This document shows positions 22,691 through 36,052 of a DNA stretch of 64,000 nt, one piece after another. A model generated the notes under the pieces. It was given only the letters and a program-made list of their open reading frames with translations. It was not told where the DNA came from and did no database searches. The translations under genes and the position numbers were made by a program. Every line of letters starts with the position of its first letter. Positions within the stretch are counted from its first letter, which is position 1. The DNA comes from Lama glama (Eukaryota), in contig CM052816.1 of NCBI GenBank assembly GCA_028534125.1, positions 55,616,001 through 55,680,000 on the forward strand, given 5' to 3'.

Positions 22691-23283
22691 TCTGTTTGTC
22701 TTGTTAATATTGAGTTATAGAGGGTCTTTGTATACTCGATGTCATAATTTTAGATGTGTATTTGGCAAATATTTTCTATCAGCTTAACAGATTGATTTTT
22801 GTTACTATCATTAGAAAATAAATTCTATTTAAAACTTCTTTGAATGTATATTTTGCTGACTTTTTGCTCTGAATTCTTGGGAATTTTTGAAGCTTATTTA
22901 CTTCTTAGAATACTTTGCAAAGTTACCAGCAGTACTATTAGTTTTTTTCCTAGGTTATACAGAGGCAAATTTTCTTAAAATTAAAAAAATTTTTTTCTTT
23001 TTTATTTGGGTCTACAGTGGCACACTGCCATTTAATTAAAGCAACAAAACTTTAGATTTAAAATTACAAGCTGACAACTCATCATGTAATGAATTCACCA
23101 GGGAAGCTGGTATTACTGTTGAGTTTCTTCCTTGGAGTAAGTGCTGTGTAGGTTTGATCTCTGTCCTTTCTTCATTTAAGGAAGGAAACCATGGCTGACA
23201 AAGAGAATGAGATACTCTCTTAAGTCCCCATGTTAGAGAATACATATTATCCAACAATTACTGCTTTTAAAAATACACTTTCC

Positions 23284-23450
23284 TCCCCAGTACCTCCTCT
23301 AAAAAATAAACAGACAAACAAGCAAACCAACGAACCAACCAACCAACCTAATTATCCCCCCAAAAAGAAAAAATAATAAAAATTTTTTTAAATTTCAAAT
23401 TTATATAAATAAGTAAGTAAATAAATAAATACACACACACATACATACAT
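23284..23450 (+). mobile_element. 5'-truncated copy of the same SINE with simple-repeat tail
   Basis: TCCCCAGTACCTCC...AACCTAATTATCCCCCCAAAA matches the 3' half of the 5674 SINE. CACTTTCC flanks both sides. Confidence 0.7.
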
Positions 23451-23749
23451 GCACTTTCCCACTAGTGAGGATTTATTACTTAAAAAAGAGAAAGAGTATT
23501 TAAAAAATTGATTATAAGGAACCAAAAGACCAAGAAGTCATGACCAGTGGAAGCTCATCCAGAAATTGAGGTGGTCTCTAAAGTAATATCTCTAAAGGAA
23601 TAATGTCTTGAGGATGGGAGACCTGGTTGGGTAATAAGTCCTGAAAACTTATATATAAACACAGTTTTGTAAAGTGAGATTTTCTCCTGCTATGAAAAAC
23701 TTCACATCATTTCATTTGGCTTTTAAAAAATTAGGAAATTCATCCAGGT

Positions 23750-25560
23750 AAAGATTTATCTACTTTTATCTCCTTGCCCATAAAAAGAGTAGTAAATGGG
23801 TTGAAAATTTTTTAAAGGGAGAATCAGGTGAGGAGACAATAGAAGACAGCATTTTAGAAGCTAGAAAACATGGGCAAGTGCTAAGTGAGTTACTAGATCT
23901 GAGAAATCCAAATCCTAAACTATGAGTTGGGAAAACTGTGAACAAAATTTATATCATAATTATACAGTACTTTAGCAGTACAAGATAACTCTTGAAATGA
24001 GAGGATGGAAGTTGTAAATAAGGAAGATGAGTCAAATATCAGTTTAAAAAACAGTTAGTTACATCCCCAGATTTTTCTACCACAACTGTAGGCAGTTGGG
24101 TGATAAACCCACCCCCAGCTTGACCAAAGATGGTGGGTTTATCTTTTTAGGGTGGATAAAATAGTGATTTCTGGGCTGGGGAGTGGGGAAATAGGCCATA
24201 GAAAAAAATTGAAAGCAAGGAATCATACTGAATAGAGGGGGATTGAAAGAAGTATGCAGACTGAATACCGAGACCTCACTCTACCCCATCCCACTCCTGT
24301 CTCCCACTTGGCTCCCAAAACATGAGCTAACAAACTTTTATCCTCAGGGCAGTAGGTTGCTGGAGTCTTCTCTAGAGAATTTGACTAGCTCAAGAGGAAA
24401 GACCTAAAATAGTATTAGAGCTCCCCCATCAAAGTAGCCCAACCAGATTATCCTGCAGTGAAGCCCATCTTTGATAAACTACTCCTAGTCTTACAGCTTC
24501 CAGTCAGCTTTTAGATCCCTCATTTTAAAAAATGAACAATCAATAACTAGCAGGCATGTGAGGAAAGTTTTCAGTATGAAAGAGATCAGGAGAATAAATG
24601 CAATATTAGGCAACAAATTACTCAAATATTCCACCAAAAAAAAAGAGGAAAATTTGTTAGTATTCTCAAAGAGATTAGAAGAGTATTTGAAATCAATTAT
24701 CCAAAAAACTATACAGTAAAAAAGGAAGAGGATAAAAAAGAACTCTTAGAAATTATAAGTATGGTTACAATGATGAAAAAATCAGAAGGGTTGGAAGATA
24801 GAATTATTGACACTCCCCAAAAAGTAGAGAAAAAGAAAAAAGGATAGTGAATAGGGGAAAAGACAAAATTAAGTGAGTCATCCAGGATTTTTAATATTTG
24901 AACAAAGGGAGCTTCAGGTAGAGAGAACAGAGAAGAAAGGAATCATCAATAAAAGAATGCAAGAAAAACTTATAGAAATAAAGAACATGGGTTTTCACAG
25001 TGAAAGGGCCAAGGAAGGCCCAACATAATGGATTAAGGAAAAAAAAAAGGTAAAAGACCCATTTTGGGGTGAGTCAGACCACTGAGAAGGAAGAAGATTC
25101 TGGATGCTTCCAGAGGGGGAAAAAAACAAAGCATAAGGATACAAAGTAACTGTGGACCTCTGAAGAATAACCCTGGAAATTAACATGCAATAGACCATGC
25201 CTTCTTCTGAAGAAATATTTTCAACAGTGAATTCTTTATCTAGCCAAACCACTAAGGACGTATAAGGGCAGATAAAAGCATTTTAAAATAGGAAGGTCTT
25301 AAAAATTTACTTCTTGTGGCTTTTTAAAAATATCCTGCTTTAAAGATGCATAATCAGATACCTACAAATGAAATATGTTTTGAATGTGCTTCAGAATAAT
25401 CTGTTTAGTAAGGCATGAATTAGTAGGGGGTACAGATGGAACAGAAATGACTATGAGTAAATAATTGTCGAAGCTGAATAGTGGTTTATGGGGTTCATTA
25501 ACCTATTTATTTTTGCATATGTTTGAAATTCTCATAATAAATAAAAAGCCATATTAACAT
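23750..25560 (+). mobile_element. Ancient L1/HAL1-like 5'/ORF1 region plus an L1 3' fragment
   Basis: A-rich degenerate ORF1-like sequence (GAAAGGGCC...CAACATAATGG) and an L1 3' UTR-like segment at about 25330-25550. Confidence 0.5.
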
Positions 25561-25639
25561 TCTATAAACCTTTCTTTTGGAAGATATGCCACTTCAAAAT
25601 AAGGAAGTATTAAATAAGAAGAAGATAGGCAGAAAACAT

Positions 25640-25820
25640 TGTTTTCAAAGTGTGATCTCCAGGCCAGTAGCATCAGTATCAGCTGTAGACTTGTTAGAAA
25701 TTCAAATTCTCAGGCCTCACCCCAGACCTAATGAATAAGAAGCTCCGGTTATGAGGTCCACCATTCTGTCCTAAATCAACCCTGGGGATGATTCTGATGT
25801 GTGCTGAAGTTTTAGAACAC
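25640..25820. mobile_element. MER5A-like hAT MITE
   Basis: CAGTAGCATCAGTATCAGCTG, TTGTTAGAAATTCAAATTCTCAGGCCTCACCCCAGACCT and GATTCTGATG. Confidence 0.8.
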
Positions 25821-25846
25821 TCTCCTAAAGCAAGAAGAATAGCTGT

Positions 25847-26118
25847 AAATGATACATCCATAACAGTTATGAGGCTGGCCATAAAAGGCCAAAAAGTGGG
25901 TGATGGCCCAATTCTTGGGGATCCAACCCTTCCTTAAAGTAGTTGGAATAATCCCCCAACTTGTCAGCATATGATATTACCAAGTCCATAAGTACTAACA
26001 ACCCTGACACCCCAGGGCCTCTGGCCTCTCTCTCTTGCCTCCAAGATGGCTCAAACCCTGTGGAGTGTGTATCTCCCTGAATAAATCTACTTTCACTCAA
26101 AAAAAAAAAAAAAAAGAG
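25847..26118 (+). mobile_element. Polyadenylated LTR-like fragment with TSD (retroposed transcript end)
   Basis: AATAAA at 26080-26085, A17 at 26099-26115, and a 13-bp direct repeat GAAGAATAGCTGT at 25834-25846 and 26119-26131. Confidence 0.75.
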
Positions 26119-27309
26119 GAAGAATAGCTGTGCTCAAGTAAAACATGCAATGACTGATGAATTATTCCATCTAATTTTCTTAACTGGTTTCTTTCTGGAC
26201 TTTGATAGTTGATACAACATTTAGCTCAATGAAGTGGTTATACATAAAGGCACAGAAATGCTATTATTTGTGCTATTATTGCTAGCAATCTGAATGGACA
26301 ATATGTAGAAGTTTTAGACTTTGGGAAACAAACGATTTAGTGATTGTCTCAGAAATGAAATAATTCTAAGAAGAAATGAACATACTTTGTACCAACCTAG
26401 CTGTTTTTCTAACTGATACCTTAACATTCTCTCCTAACATTGCGCAACGAATTCCCCATTATCTAGAATACAATATCTTTTCCTCCTTCCTTTATCAAAT
26501 GCCTGTCTTTACTCTGGGCTTAACCTAAACCACAACTTTTCAAAGAATCATTGTCTTTTTGTCTTAACTATAAAATTTTTAAAAAAGAAACATGGACTGC
26601 ACAACTTAATGTGGTAAGCATTGTGCTAAGTATTTTGCATGTCAACTCTGTTAGTTGTCATAATAATCTCCTTATATCTAATCAAATAAATATTATATTA
26701 TACTGTATTTTAATCTTTTCAAATATGTGCTTTTATCTACCTTTGATTCTTGAGAAAAAATAATTGCCCACTCCTATGTCTAGGTGGAAGGATTTCCAAT
26801 AGCTCAGCTCAGTGGCTCCCAAATTTTAGTGTGCACCTAGAATCATCTAGAAGACTTGTTAAAAGCAGATTCCTGTTGTATTTGTAAGTTCTACGTAAAA
26901 GTAAATCTGTTTTGGCAGAGACATGACTATTTTCAAGTTATCAGATTATCTTTACTAGTTAGAAGACTTGGAAAGAATCTGTTTTCAGAGCTAGGTTAAG
27001 GTCATTAAAATATACTTAGATCACAAAGAATTACAATAAAATAAGTTCTGGTAAAGTTTTATAACATCATTATACATATATATTTATACACACTATAGTA
27101 TATATGGGATTCTGCCATCACATTATTTTGAATGAAAGTTTCTTTACAGAATTATGATTCCTAGTGCCTAGCACAATGCTTTTCTAAAAGCTTGTCAGTT
27201 GAATAATAGCAAATCCTTGTATTTTTGGTGTGGATTGATTTTCATAAATCATTAGATATTATTCAGAATTATTGAAGAAGATGACTGAAGCTAAATAAGG
27301 TTGTTTTTG

Positions 27310-28231
27310 TATAACTTAATAGAAAAAGAAACAACCCAATCCAAAAATGGGCAGAACACCTAAACAAGCAATTCACCAATGAAGACATGCAAATGGCCAA
27401 TAAGCACATGAAAAAATGCTCAATATCACTAATTATCAGAGAAATGCAAATCAAAACTACAATGAGGTGTCACCTCACACTAGTTGGAATGGCCATCATT
27501 CTAAAGTTCACAAAGGATAAATGCTGGAGAGGGTGTAGAGAAAAGGGAGCCCTCCTAAACTGTTGATGGGAATATAGTTTGGAATTATGTAAAACAGTAT
27601 GAAAACTCCTTAAAAAACTAAAAATACACTTACCATATTATCCAGCAGCCCCACTCCTGGGCATATGTCCAGAGGGAACTCTAATTCTAAAAGATACATG
27701 CACCCCAATGTTCACAGCAGTACTGTTTACAGTAGCCAAGAAATGGACAAACAACCTAAATGTCCATCAGCAGATGACTGGATAAAGAAGTTGTGGTATA
27801 TGTATACAATGGAACACCACTCAGCCATAGAAAAAAAAATAAAATAATGCCATTTGCCGTAACATGAACAAACCTGGAAATCGTCATTCTAAGTGAAGTA
27901 AGACAGAAAGAGAAAGAAAAATACCATATGATATCACATATATGGAATCTTTAAAAAAGGCACACATGAACTTACTTACAAAACAGAGGCAGACTCATAG
28001 ACAGAAAACAAACTTATGGTTACCAAAGGGGAAAGGGAAGAAGAGATAAATTAGGAGTTTGAAATTAACATCTATGAACTACTATATATAAAATAGATAA
28101 GCAAGTTCATACTATATAGCACAGGGAACTATATTCAATAGCTTATAGTACCCTATAATGAAAAAGTATATGAAAATGAATATATGCAATGTTATGCTGT
28201 ACACCAGAAATTGACACAACAATGTAAAAAA
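27310..28231 (+). mobile_element. L1 3' end, sense to CERT1
   Basis: ORF2 C-terminus/3' UTR motifs and an A tail, with a diverged TSD AAATAAGGTTGTTTTTG / AAATTAGGTTATTTTTG. Confidence 0.9.
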
Positions 28232-29039
28232 AAATTAGGTTATTTTTGGCCAAGATATATATTAGGTAGAGTGCAACATATCAAAAGATGTTTATTTGTA
28301 TTAATTTACTTCCTAAAACTTCCTTCTTTTAGTCTGAAATAGTATCATTTTATCATAATAGGAAATGAGCATGAATGGGAAAGTTTACTTTTTATGATTC
28401 CTGGGACAGATAGGTGATCCTCTTTTTAGTTATAGACTACTACTAGTAAAATTCCATTACAAGTCCACAAGGGATTTGCAAACATGGTAGGAAAAGATTA
28501 CAACTTTATTTTCAGTAATTTTTAACTGAAATTTAGCATTTTCTTTAATTATTAATGTAGACAAAAATCACAGTAATACTGTCAGTATCTGTGACTTCCT
28601 CACCAACAGAAATTACAGATTGTCACATGGCATTGTATGTATTATAGATAAACTCACTATCACTATCTGCCACTAAATATTAATTAGTTAGTGAAAACAT
28701 GCATTTATTACTATTTCTTAATTTTAAAAATTTGATTATGAATTTTCTGTAATTGATTCCCTTATAATCTTAAGTATTTTGTTTTTTATACTTTGGAAAC
28801 GTTGTTGTGAGGCATTTGAAAATTACATCAGATTTGCACAGGAGTACATGAACCTTTGCATTACATAGGCCTGCACAGAATATTTTTTTAGCATTAGAAT
28901 TTTGTTCTGAGCTTTTTATTGATGTATCGTCAAGTAATTTAAGAGAAAGAATTAGTATCTAAATTTCTAAAGTGAAATGAAATATTTCAGGCCCAGTGTA
29001 GAAACAAGAGTACATTATACTGTCCTTTCTCTTCCAGGT

Positions 29040-29530
29040 TTTAGGCTCTACTGGGTTATAAGGTTTTGCATGGTCTGCCTCCTTCTTAAACGTCATCTCT
29101 CACCAGCTTCCCTCTCATGGTGTCACCTCCAGTCATGCTATACTTCTTCCAATGTCTTATCTAGGCTTGCTCCCTCCTGCCACAGATCTTTACATTGCTT
29201 TTCTTGCTGTCTAGACTGTTCTTACTTTTCCGTTTTATCCTTCGTCTGTTGGAGCAGGTATTCCTTTCTTGGAAGCTTTCTATGACTTCCCTGGCTAGGT
29301 TACTTCTTTTCATTATAAGCTTTCTTGACACAATGTGCCTTTCCCCTATCTTATGCGTGAAGTTTTAGTTTTTGCATGATGATTTGATTAATGTGATCTC
29401 TGTGAGCTCTGCAAAGTTAGGGACCATGTCTATTTCTCATTATTGTATCCTCAGCACCTTGAATAGTGCTTGGTAAATCATAGGTGTTTGTAAATATTTT
29501 ATTGGTTAGTTGGTTACATGGATAGATAAA
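29040..29530 (+). mobile_element. L2 3' fragment
   Basis: GGGACCATGTCT, TGTATCCTCAGCACC and an end in (TGAA)-like repeats. Confidence 0.65.
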
Positions 29531-29552
29531 TAAATGAATGAATGGTTTAGAT

Positions 29553-29838
29553 CATGGTTGTCTAATAGAAATATAATGTAAGTCACAGATGAAAGCCACA
29601 TATGTAATTAAAAATTTTCTAGTAGCCACATTAAAAAAGATGAATTTCTTATATTTGATTTAACTTTATGTATCCAAAATATTATCATCCTAATTTATAG
29701 TCATAAAAATTATTAGAGATATTTTACATTCTTTGTTTTGTGCCAAGTCTTCAAAACCCAGTATGTATTTCACACTTATAGAACATCACAGTTCAAACTA
29801 GTCACACATGGCAAATGAATACTGTATTGAACAGCACA
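29553..29838 (+). mobile_element. MER33-like hAT element
   Basis: TCTAATAGAAATATAATG, AATTTTCTAGTAGCCACATTAAAAAAG and TATTGAACAGCAC. Confidence 0.75.
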
Positions 29839-30429
29839 CATGTTAAAGCATATTAAAAATTAAGAAATTGGGGGCTGCCCAGATCTTGGTGCCACCTTTA
29901 TTTGAGGGTAAAATTGAAAGAGTTTTGTTTATTCAGAAATTCCCAAAATTAAGGTAAAAATAAGAGGGTATGTCAAGTCAGTATGTTAAATTTTAAAAGT
30001 TGAAATGAATGATTATAATTTGCTTTCCTATATATTTTCCTGAAGATTTGTAAATTAGGTCTATAAACAAAAACAGAAGACAAAATCTTGGGGAAGATAA
30101 TATGTAGTTGGGGACGATGAAGTTCTTCAGATTGACCTTCTCTGAAAATCTGTTCTAAGATTCTGCTCTCTTAAACTAACAAATTTTTTTCAAGTAGGTT
30201 TTGTTATTTTAGCATCTTTTATTGTAGGGTAATCTGGGAAGGTTTCTCTGGCAAAGTATTGCTGTATTTACTGCATTTTAATGAGTTTGATGCCACTGGA
30301 TTTATGACACACCATTACTTTATTTGCCACATTGCCAATTCTAGTTGATGTCAGTTGTAAGGCTTGTCTTTATTTCAGAGATTTTTAAAGGGAGTAATTT
30401 TTATAATGGGTGAAATGGGGTATTTGAAA

Positions 30430-31230
30430 AGAAATTTCAAGGAGGAAAAGAAATAAGGGGAGAGATGATCAGGTAAGGAACATCAGTTGTAAGGCCCTCC
30501 TGGGTCACTTGAAGAAATTGTAAGGAGGCCTGTATGGCTGCAGTAGAGTAGACAAGGGATAAGGTAGTAGGAAAAGAAGACAGAGAGATCGACTCTGTAG
30601 AGTCTGACTGTGTAGAGCCTCGTGGGTCATTGTTAAGTACTTTTGGCTTTCATGCTGAATGAGATGGGAAGTTACTGGAGGCCTCAGCCGAGGAGTGATT
30701 GATCCTTGTAACAGGATCATTTTTGACTGCTGTGTTAAGAGTAGATTGTAACTTCAATTAAAAAAACATATATATATATATATAAAACAGAGAGAAAAAG
30801 ACAGATTGTAGGAGGCAGGGATGGAAGCAGGAAAATAAAATCCGGCAGCCCTTAGGAGGCTATTGCAAATACCCAAATTAGAGAGTCATGGCTTGGACAA
30901 GAGTAGTATTGGTGAAGATTATGGGAACCTGTTGAATTCCAGATTTATTTTGAAGGTAGAGCTGGCAAGATTTGCAGATTTGCTGATGGATTCCTTATGA
31001 GGTGTGAGGAAAATGAGGAGTCAGATGAATTCAGGTCTAAGCACCTGGTAGTTAAACCTTTTACAGAAATATGGAAGGAAACCTGCAAGAGGAGGAGTTT
31101 GGGGAGGCAGATCAGACCATCAGTTTTGGATATGTTGAGATGCTTCTTAGGCGTTCATGAGAAGATGGAGGAGACAATTAACTAAACGTTGGGATGTCAG
31201 GGAAGAGGGCCTGTTTGGAGTTAGAAATTG
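30430..31230 (-). mobile_element. L2 fragment
   Basis: Purine-rich L2 motifs GAGATGGGAAGTTACTGGAG, TTAGGAGGCTATTGCA and CAGTTTTGGATATGTTGAG. Confidence 0.7.
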
Positions 31231-31504
31231 TGTGTGTTTAATGTGCATGTATCACATGGTGTTTGTAGGTAAACTTATCTTTTGGTCCTCACATCATTGG
31301 TTTCTTTAGAATTCCTCTCCCCTCGCCCTCCCTGCTGCGTGTTTAGTCTTTAATTTTAATGTTAAAAGTTTTCTCAAATGTTTGATAACTTTGGCTCTCC
31401 TTAAGAATGAGATACAAGGAGAGATTAAGCAACTGGCTTTCACAGGGGACTTTGTGAGGAAAGAAAGGGTAGAGTTGACTACTAGAATCTTTTTATATAT
31501 CATT

Positions 31505-32760
31505 TTTAAGTTTTTATTTCAAAATAATTTCATACAGAAAAGTTGTAGGAGTAGTATACATAATTCCCGTGAACACCTAGATTCACCAGTATTTTAACAT
31601 TACAACAGTTCTTTCATCATTTTTTCCCTCTGTGTGTATGTGTGCACACCCATACACACTCTCTTTTGCTCCCTGTCTCTCTCTCTGTCTCCCTTTTTTA
31701 GTGGGTCATTTGAGAATAGGTTGCATACATCATACCTGTTTTCCTCTTAATACTTTAGTGTAATTTCCAAAAGCAAAGATATTCTCTAAGTATGTAATTT
31801 GGCTGTCAAATTCAGGAAGTTTTATATACTTTTTTCTAATCTATAGTCTATATTTTACCGCTTATTCCAACAATTTCCTTTATAGCATTTTTTTTCAAAA
31901 TACAGTCCAGAGTATATATTGCATTTAGTTATCATGTCTTTTGGTTTCTTTTAATCTGGACCAATTCCTTAGCCTTTCTGTGTCTGGCATGACATTGATA
32001 TTTTTGAAAAATAGAGGCCTATTATTTCTAGAATTTTACTCATTTGGGGTTTGTCATATGTCTTTTCATGATTAGATTCAGGTAATGCATCCTTGGCAAA
32101 AAAAACTACTAAAATGATGTGTTGTCCTTCTCAGGGAATCACATCAGAGACACAGGTTTCTGTCTCCCCTTCATATGTGATGTTAATTTCAACCATCCAT
32201 CCAGTCAAGGGATTGTGCAGTTTTTATCCTTGTAGTGACGGTTTTTCTCCTTGAAACTAGAATGTAAGCTTTGTGGGAAAGCATTTTTAAGATCATGTAA
32301 GAATTCTGTTCATCAAGCTTTTCCCCTTTTGATTTAGTAACCATTTATTCCTGCCCCACCCAGTCTTTTGTATAGTGATTGCAAAATGGAGATTGTCCAA
32401 CTCTATAAACCCTTTCTGCATTTATCAGTCAGCATCCTTCTGTTTTTAACTCTCCCTTTTTGTCCCATTTGTGAACAGAATGGACTTATGTATTCCTGAA
32501 TTATTCAATGAGCTGTAATCCATTACTGGACTTAATATATTTTGATGATCAAATTGCCCTTGATTTGACTGATTGAAGTCTATTTGAGCTGGATTCTTGG
32601 TCTTTTTTGCATCCCTCCCCCATCACCTCCCCACCCCCAAAAGCACTCCTTTACTTTTAGGACCAGGATTTTCCAGGTTCATTGTATACCTAACTTGTTC
32701 CAGTCCTGGAATCAGCCATAACTCTGAGGAGCCTTGGTTGCTTTAGATAGAGAATGGTAT
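31505..32760 (-). mobile_element. Old L1MC/ME-type 3' end
   Basis: TTTTTATTTCAAAATAATTTCATACAGAAAAGTTG, CATGATTAGATTCAGG and CCTGGAATCAGCCAT. Confidence 0.65.
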
Positions 32761-35700
32761 CAGATTGGAGTGGGAGTCTTACTAGTCAATGTAGACTTTG
32801 CCTTAATCTTCCTTTTTTACATATTGCACCCTTTTCTGCAGTTTTCCTTGATAGCCGTTAATTTAGGGATTCCTTTAATTCAACATACCCTGATAGAAAA
32901 TCTCTAATCTTCTGCTAGAGGGGTAATTTGGCTATTTTTAGAAATGGTATCTAGGCAGACAAGTTGTTTCTTTTTTTTTTTCCTTTCTATCTTTTTTTTA
33001 AATCAATCCTATTTGTAGCTTCAGAGGAACCTGGAGCTTGAAATTACTGATTCTCTTTTTTTATTGTTTCTGTGGTTCTGTGGCACAAATCTGCTTGCTC
33101 CTTGCCTTCCCGCCCCAACCCCTGCACACGTAGACTTCCCTGTGACATACTAGTTTGCTTGTCTCCTTTCCATCTTCTAAAATTTTATTGAAACCTCTTT
33201 TTTGCTGTCTTCCTCTACCTGTTTTCTTTGTCCTATTTTAGTGACATTATTTAAATGGGATTTGGTGAGTAAGTAGAGGTGGATATATTCAGTCTACCAT
33301 ATGTAACCACAAGTTCTACATATTTTTAAAACAGACTTTTGGTCCTTTAACAAAAGTATTATGTGTGATTTATAGGAAATATATAGATAAGCAAAAGAAG
33401 ACAATTAGCTGTAGTCATACAATTTAGAGGTATTTACTGTTAATCTTACATACACTTTTTTCATACATGAACTTGTTTATTGAAATAGGCATATAATAGT
33501 TCATGGAATATCCTATTTGGCTTTGGATTTGTTTTTTTTTTTTAATGCTAGATATAGTATTAAACCTTAATGACTACCTGCAAACTTACCTGCAGGTATA
33601 TATCATTATGATTGAGACATGGGGGTAAGCAGTAAGGAATCAGAAAAACTCAGAAATCTTGAGAAATAACCTAAGAGATTTTAAAGAATATGCCAGGGGA
33701 GATTTTGATAGTATCACAGTTCAGGTTGAGCGGGATGCAGTTTTGTGGAAGCACAACTGAGAGAGTAGCAAACTTAACTAATGTACTGTGTTTTATCTAA
33801 AGAAGGACTATTACTATGTCATATATAGGCTTTCAGCATACTCTGTTTTCAGCTCAAGCTGTACCTCTTACGTAGTAGACCAGAAAAAGTGAAATACGGG
33901 GAGAGCCAATAAGCAAGTATCAAAGGAAGACTTACAGATCGAAGCATTTAGAAAAGAAGTTGACTTGCAAAGAAGGTTTGTAAGGGCATACAGACTTCAG
34001 ATATTTAAAGGAGAAAAGTAACATTATAGATTTTATAGCTAATCTATTCATAGTGGAAAAAATTAGCAGGTTTTTTTTTTAATGGTTGTATCTACAGAGG
34101 CCACCACATATTTTCAGTTACCACCTTTGCAGAAGTCAAGGATAAAGTTGTTTTTATGGAGTCCATAAGTTATAGGAAAGGCTTGAGATTGCTTATTTGG
34201 GGAATTTAAAATTATATACGGTGACTCTGGATTTCTCTTTTTATTTTACATTGCAGTATGGAAAGTATCTTTCCATCTGACTTTTGGTTGTGTTGTGCAT
34301 ACTTCATAATACATGGATACATGGCAAACAATGCATCAGTTTTGTCTCCAAGGATGAGTATTATGCCCTTAGTTTAGAAACAGGAAAATCAAAGTATTTT
34401 TCACTGTCTCCAGTGTTGTTCAGAGTTGGGAATGTCCTGACCAGCAGACATATTTCAGTATTCCAGTCTTCACAGTTTTTGTTATGCCCAGCAACCTGTC
34501 ATTTTCATCACCTAACCAACTTTGCTCTAGTTTCTCATTTTTGAACTAAGTAAAGTGGGAAGTATGTGTGAAGTGGTGAGAGGAGAAGTAGAAATTTCAG
34601 ATATATTGGTGAAGGAAGGGGATTCACTTGAGTCAAGACCTTAAGAAAGTAGCAGAGCTAAGCAATGAAGATATTCGGAGGTGAGCATTCTAGGAAGAGG
34701 GAAGAACAAATCCAAAGGACCTTAAATGAATCAGTTGTAGAGCTATGTAATGGAGAGCTATTGAAGGGCTTTGAACAGAGGAGTAACCTGATTTGATTTT
34801 CCCTTTAACACGTATTCTTGCTGTTGTACATACTAAATATATGATAGGAACAATGAAGAAAACAGTATCAAGATTTCTGTGCTCTTCCTAAGTTTCAGTA
34901 GTGTTGGGATACAGTTATCTGAAGCCCAGTGTTAAAAATTGGAACCAAGAAAATACCACTTTAACTTACCATTTAATATATGTACAACATAAAATGCTTT
35001 TTACTGCCAGATTATCTAAAATGTGTATATTTCCCACCTATGATTGTGTTTTAATGTTACATAGTTAAGCAGTCCCTGTAAGTTGATTTAGAGGTTTTAG
35101 AGAAGGTGTGCTATTTAAAAGCTATACTAGTGTAAGAAAAATACTATTAACCTAGTCCATTAACATGATTTTATTTTCCTATTAAGAAATTGCAGAACAG
35201 GATTTAAAAAAAAAATATATATATATATATAGCTAATGACATTTGAGTGTGTTTGCTGCACCGTATTATTCAAATGCTTTCCCCATTTCCACTTAAAAAA
35301 TGTGTATTGACATTTAATCCTCTCAACCAAGGAAAATAAGTTATTATTATCCTAGCTTTCATAGATAAAGAATTGAGACTTAAAAGAGTTTAAGTAATTT
35401 ACCTAAAATCACAAGAGACACTACCACCACCCCCTAGATCTTTGCTAGACTGAAAATTAACATACAATAGAAGAGTTATACATGGATATGCACCGGCTAT
35501 TCCAGGAAGACCTCAGTTGGTAATTGTTAAAGAAAATCAGCAGACAGAAAGCCCTCAAAACAGAAAGACAGATATCTAAAAGAAGAGCTCTTTCCAGAAC
35601 TTTCCTGGCAAATTCAGGAAAAGGGATGACCCCTGGGAAGTATAATTCTAATAGGATGTGTTAATCCAGTGATTTTCACATTGTTTTGTGAAAATGCCTC

Positions 35701-36008
35701 AGGAGCCATTTGGTGAGAGTGGCAGTGATTTTTGAGGAAAAAACTTGGTAAGAGCTCTATTTTCCTTTCAGCCCCTATCCCTATCAATTTTTGTATACGT
35801 AAGTGTTATAGTTAAGATTTGGAAGATGCGGAGGTAGACAGGGTTCTGACTTAAAATGAAAGTTGGAAAAAGCATTGCATTAAGCTTGATGTGCTACTAG
35901 CAAGTAAAAATCTTTCAAGTATCTCTCCTTATTTTTGTATCATTTTGAAACTTTTAGATCATCATTTGATTTTCGGGTGTAGAATTCTTATAAGAAATGC
36001 ATTTACCA

Positions 36009-36051
<43 letters not shown>

Positions 36052-36052
36052 A
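36009..36052 (+). repeat. (TAAA)11 microsatellite
   Basis: Perfect tetranucleotide run, flanked on both sides by GCATTTACCA. Confidence 0.95.

Larger units (their letters stand above)
21520..22780 (-). mobile_element. Older L1M 3' end hosting two younger insertions
   Basis: GGTATAATTTACA, TTTTAAGTGTAC, TAAATGGAATCATACAGTATG and GAAACTGCCAAACTATTTTCCAAAGTGG. Confidence 0.75.
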
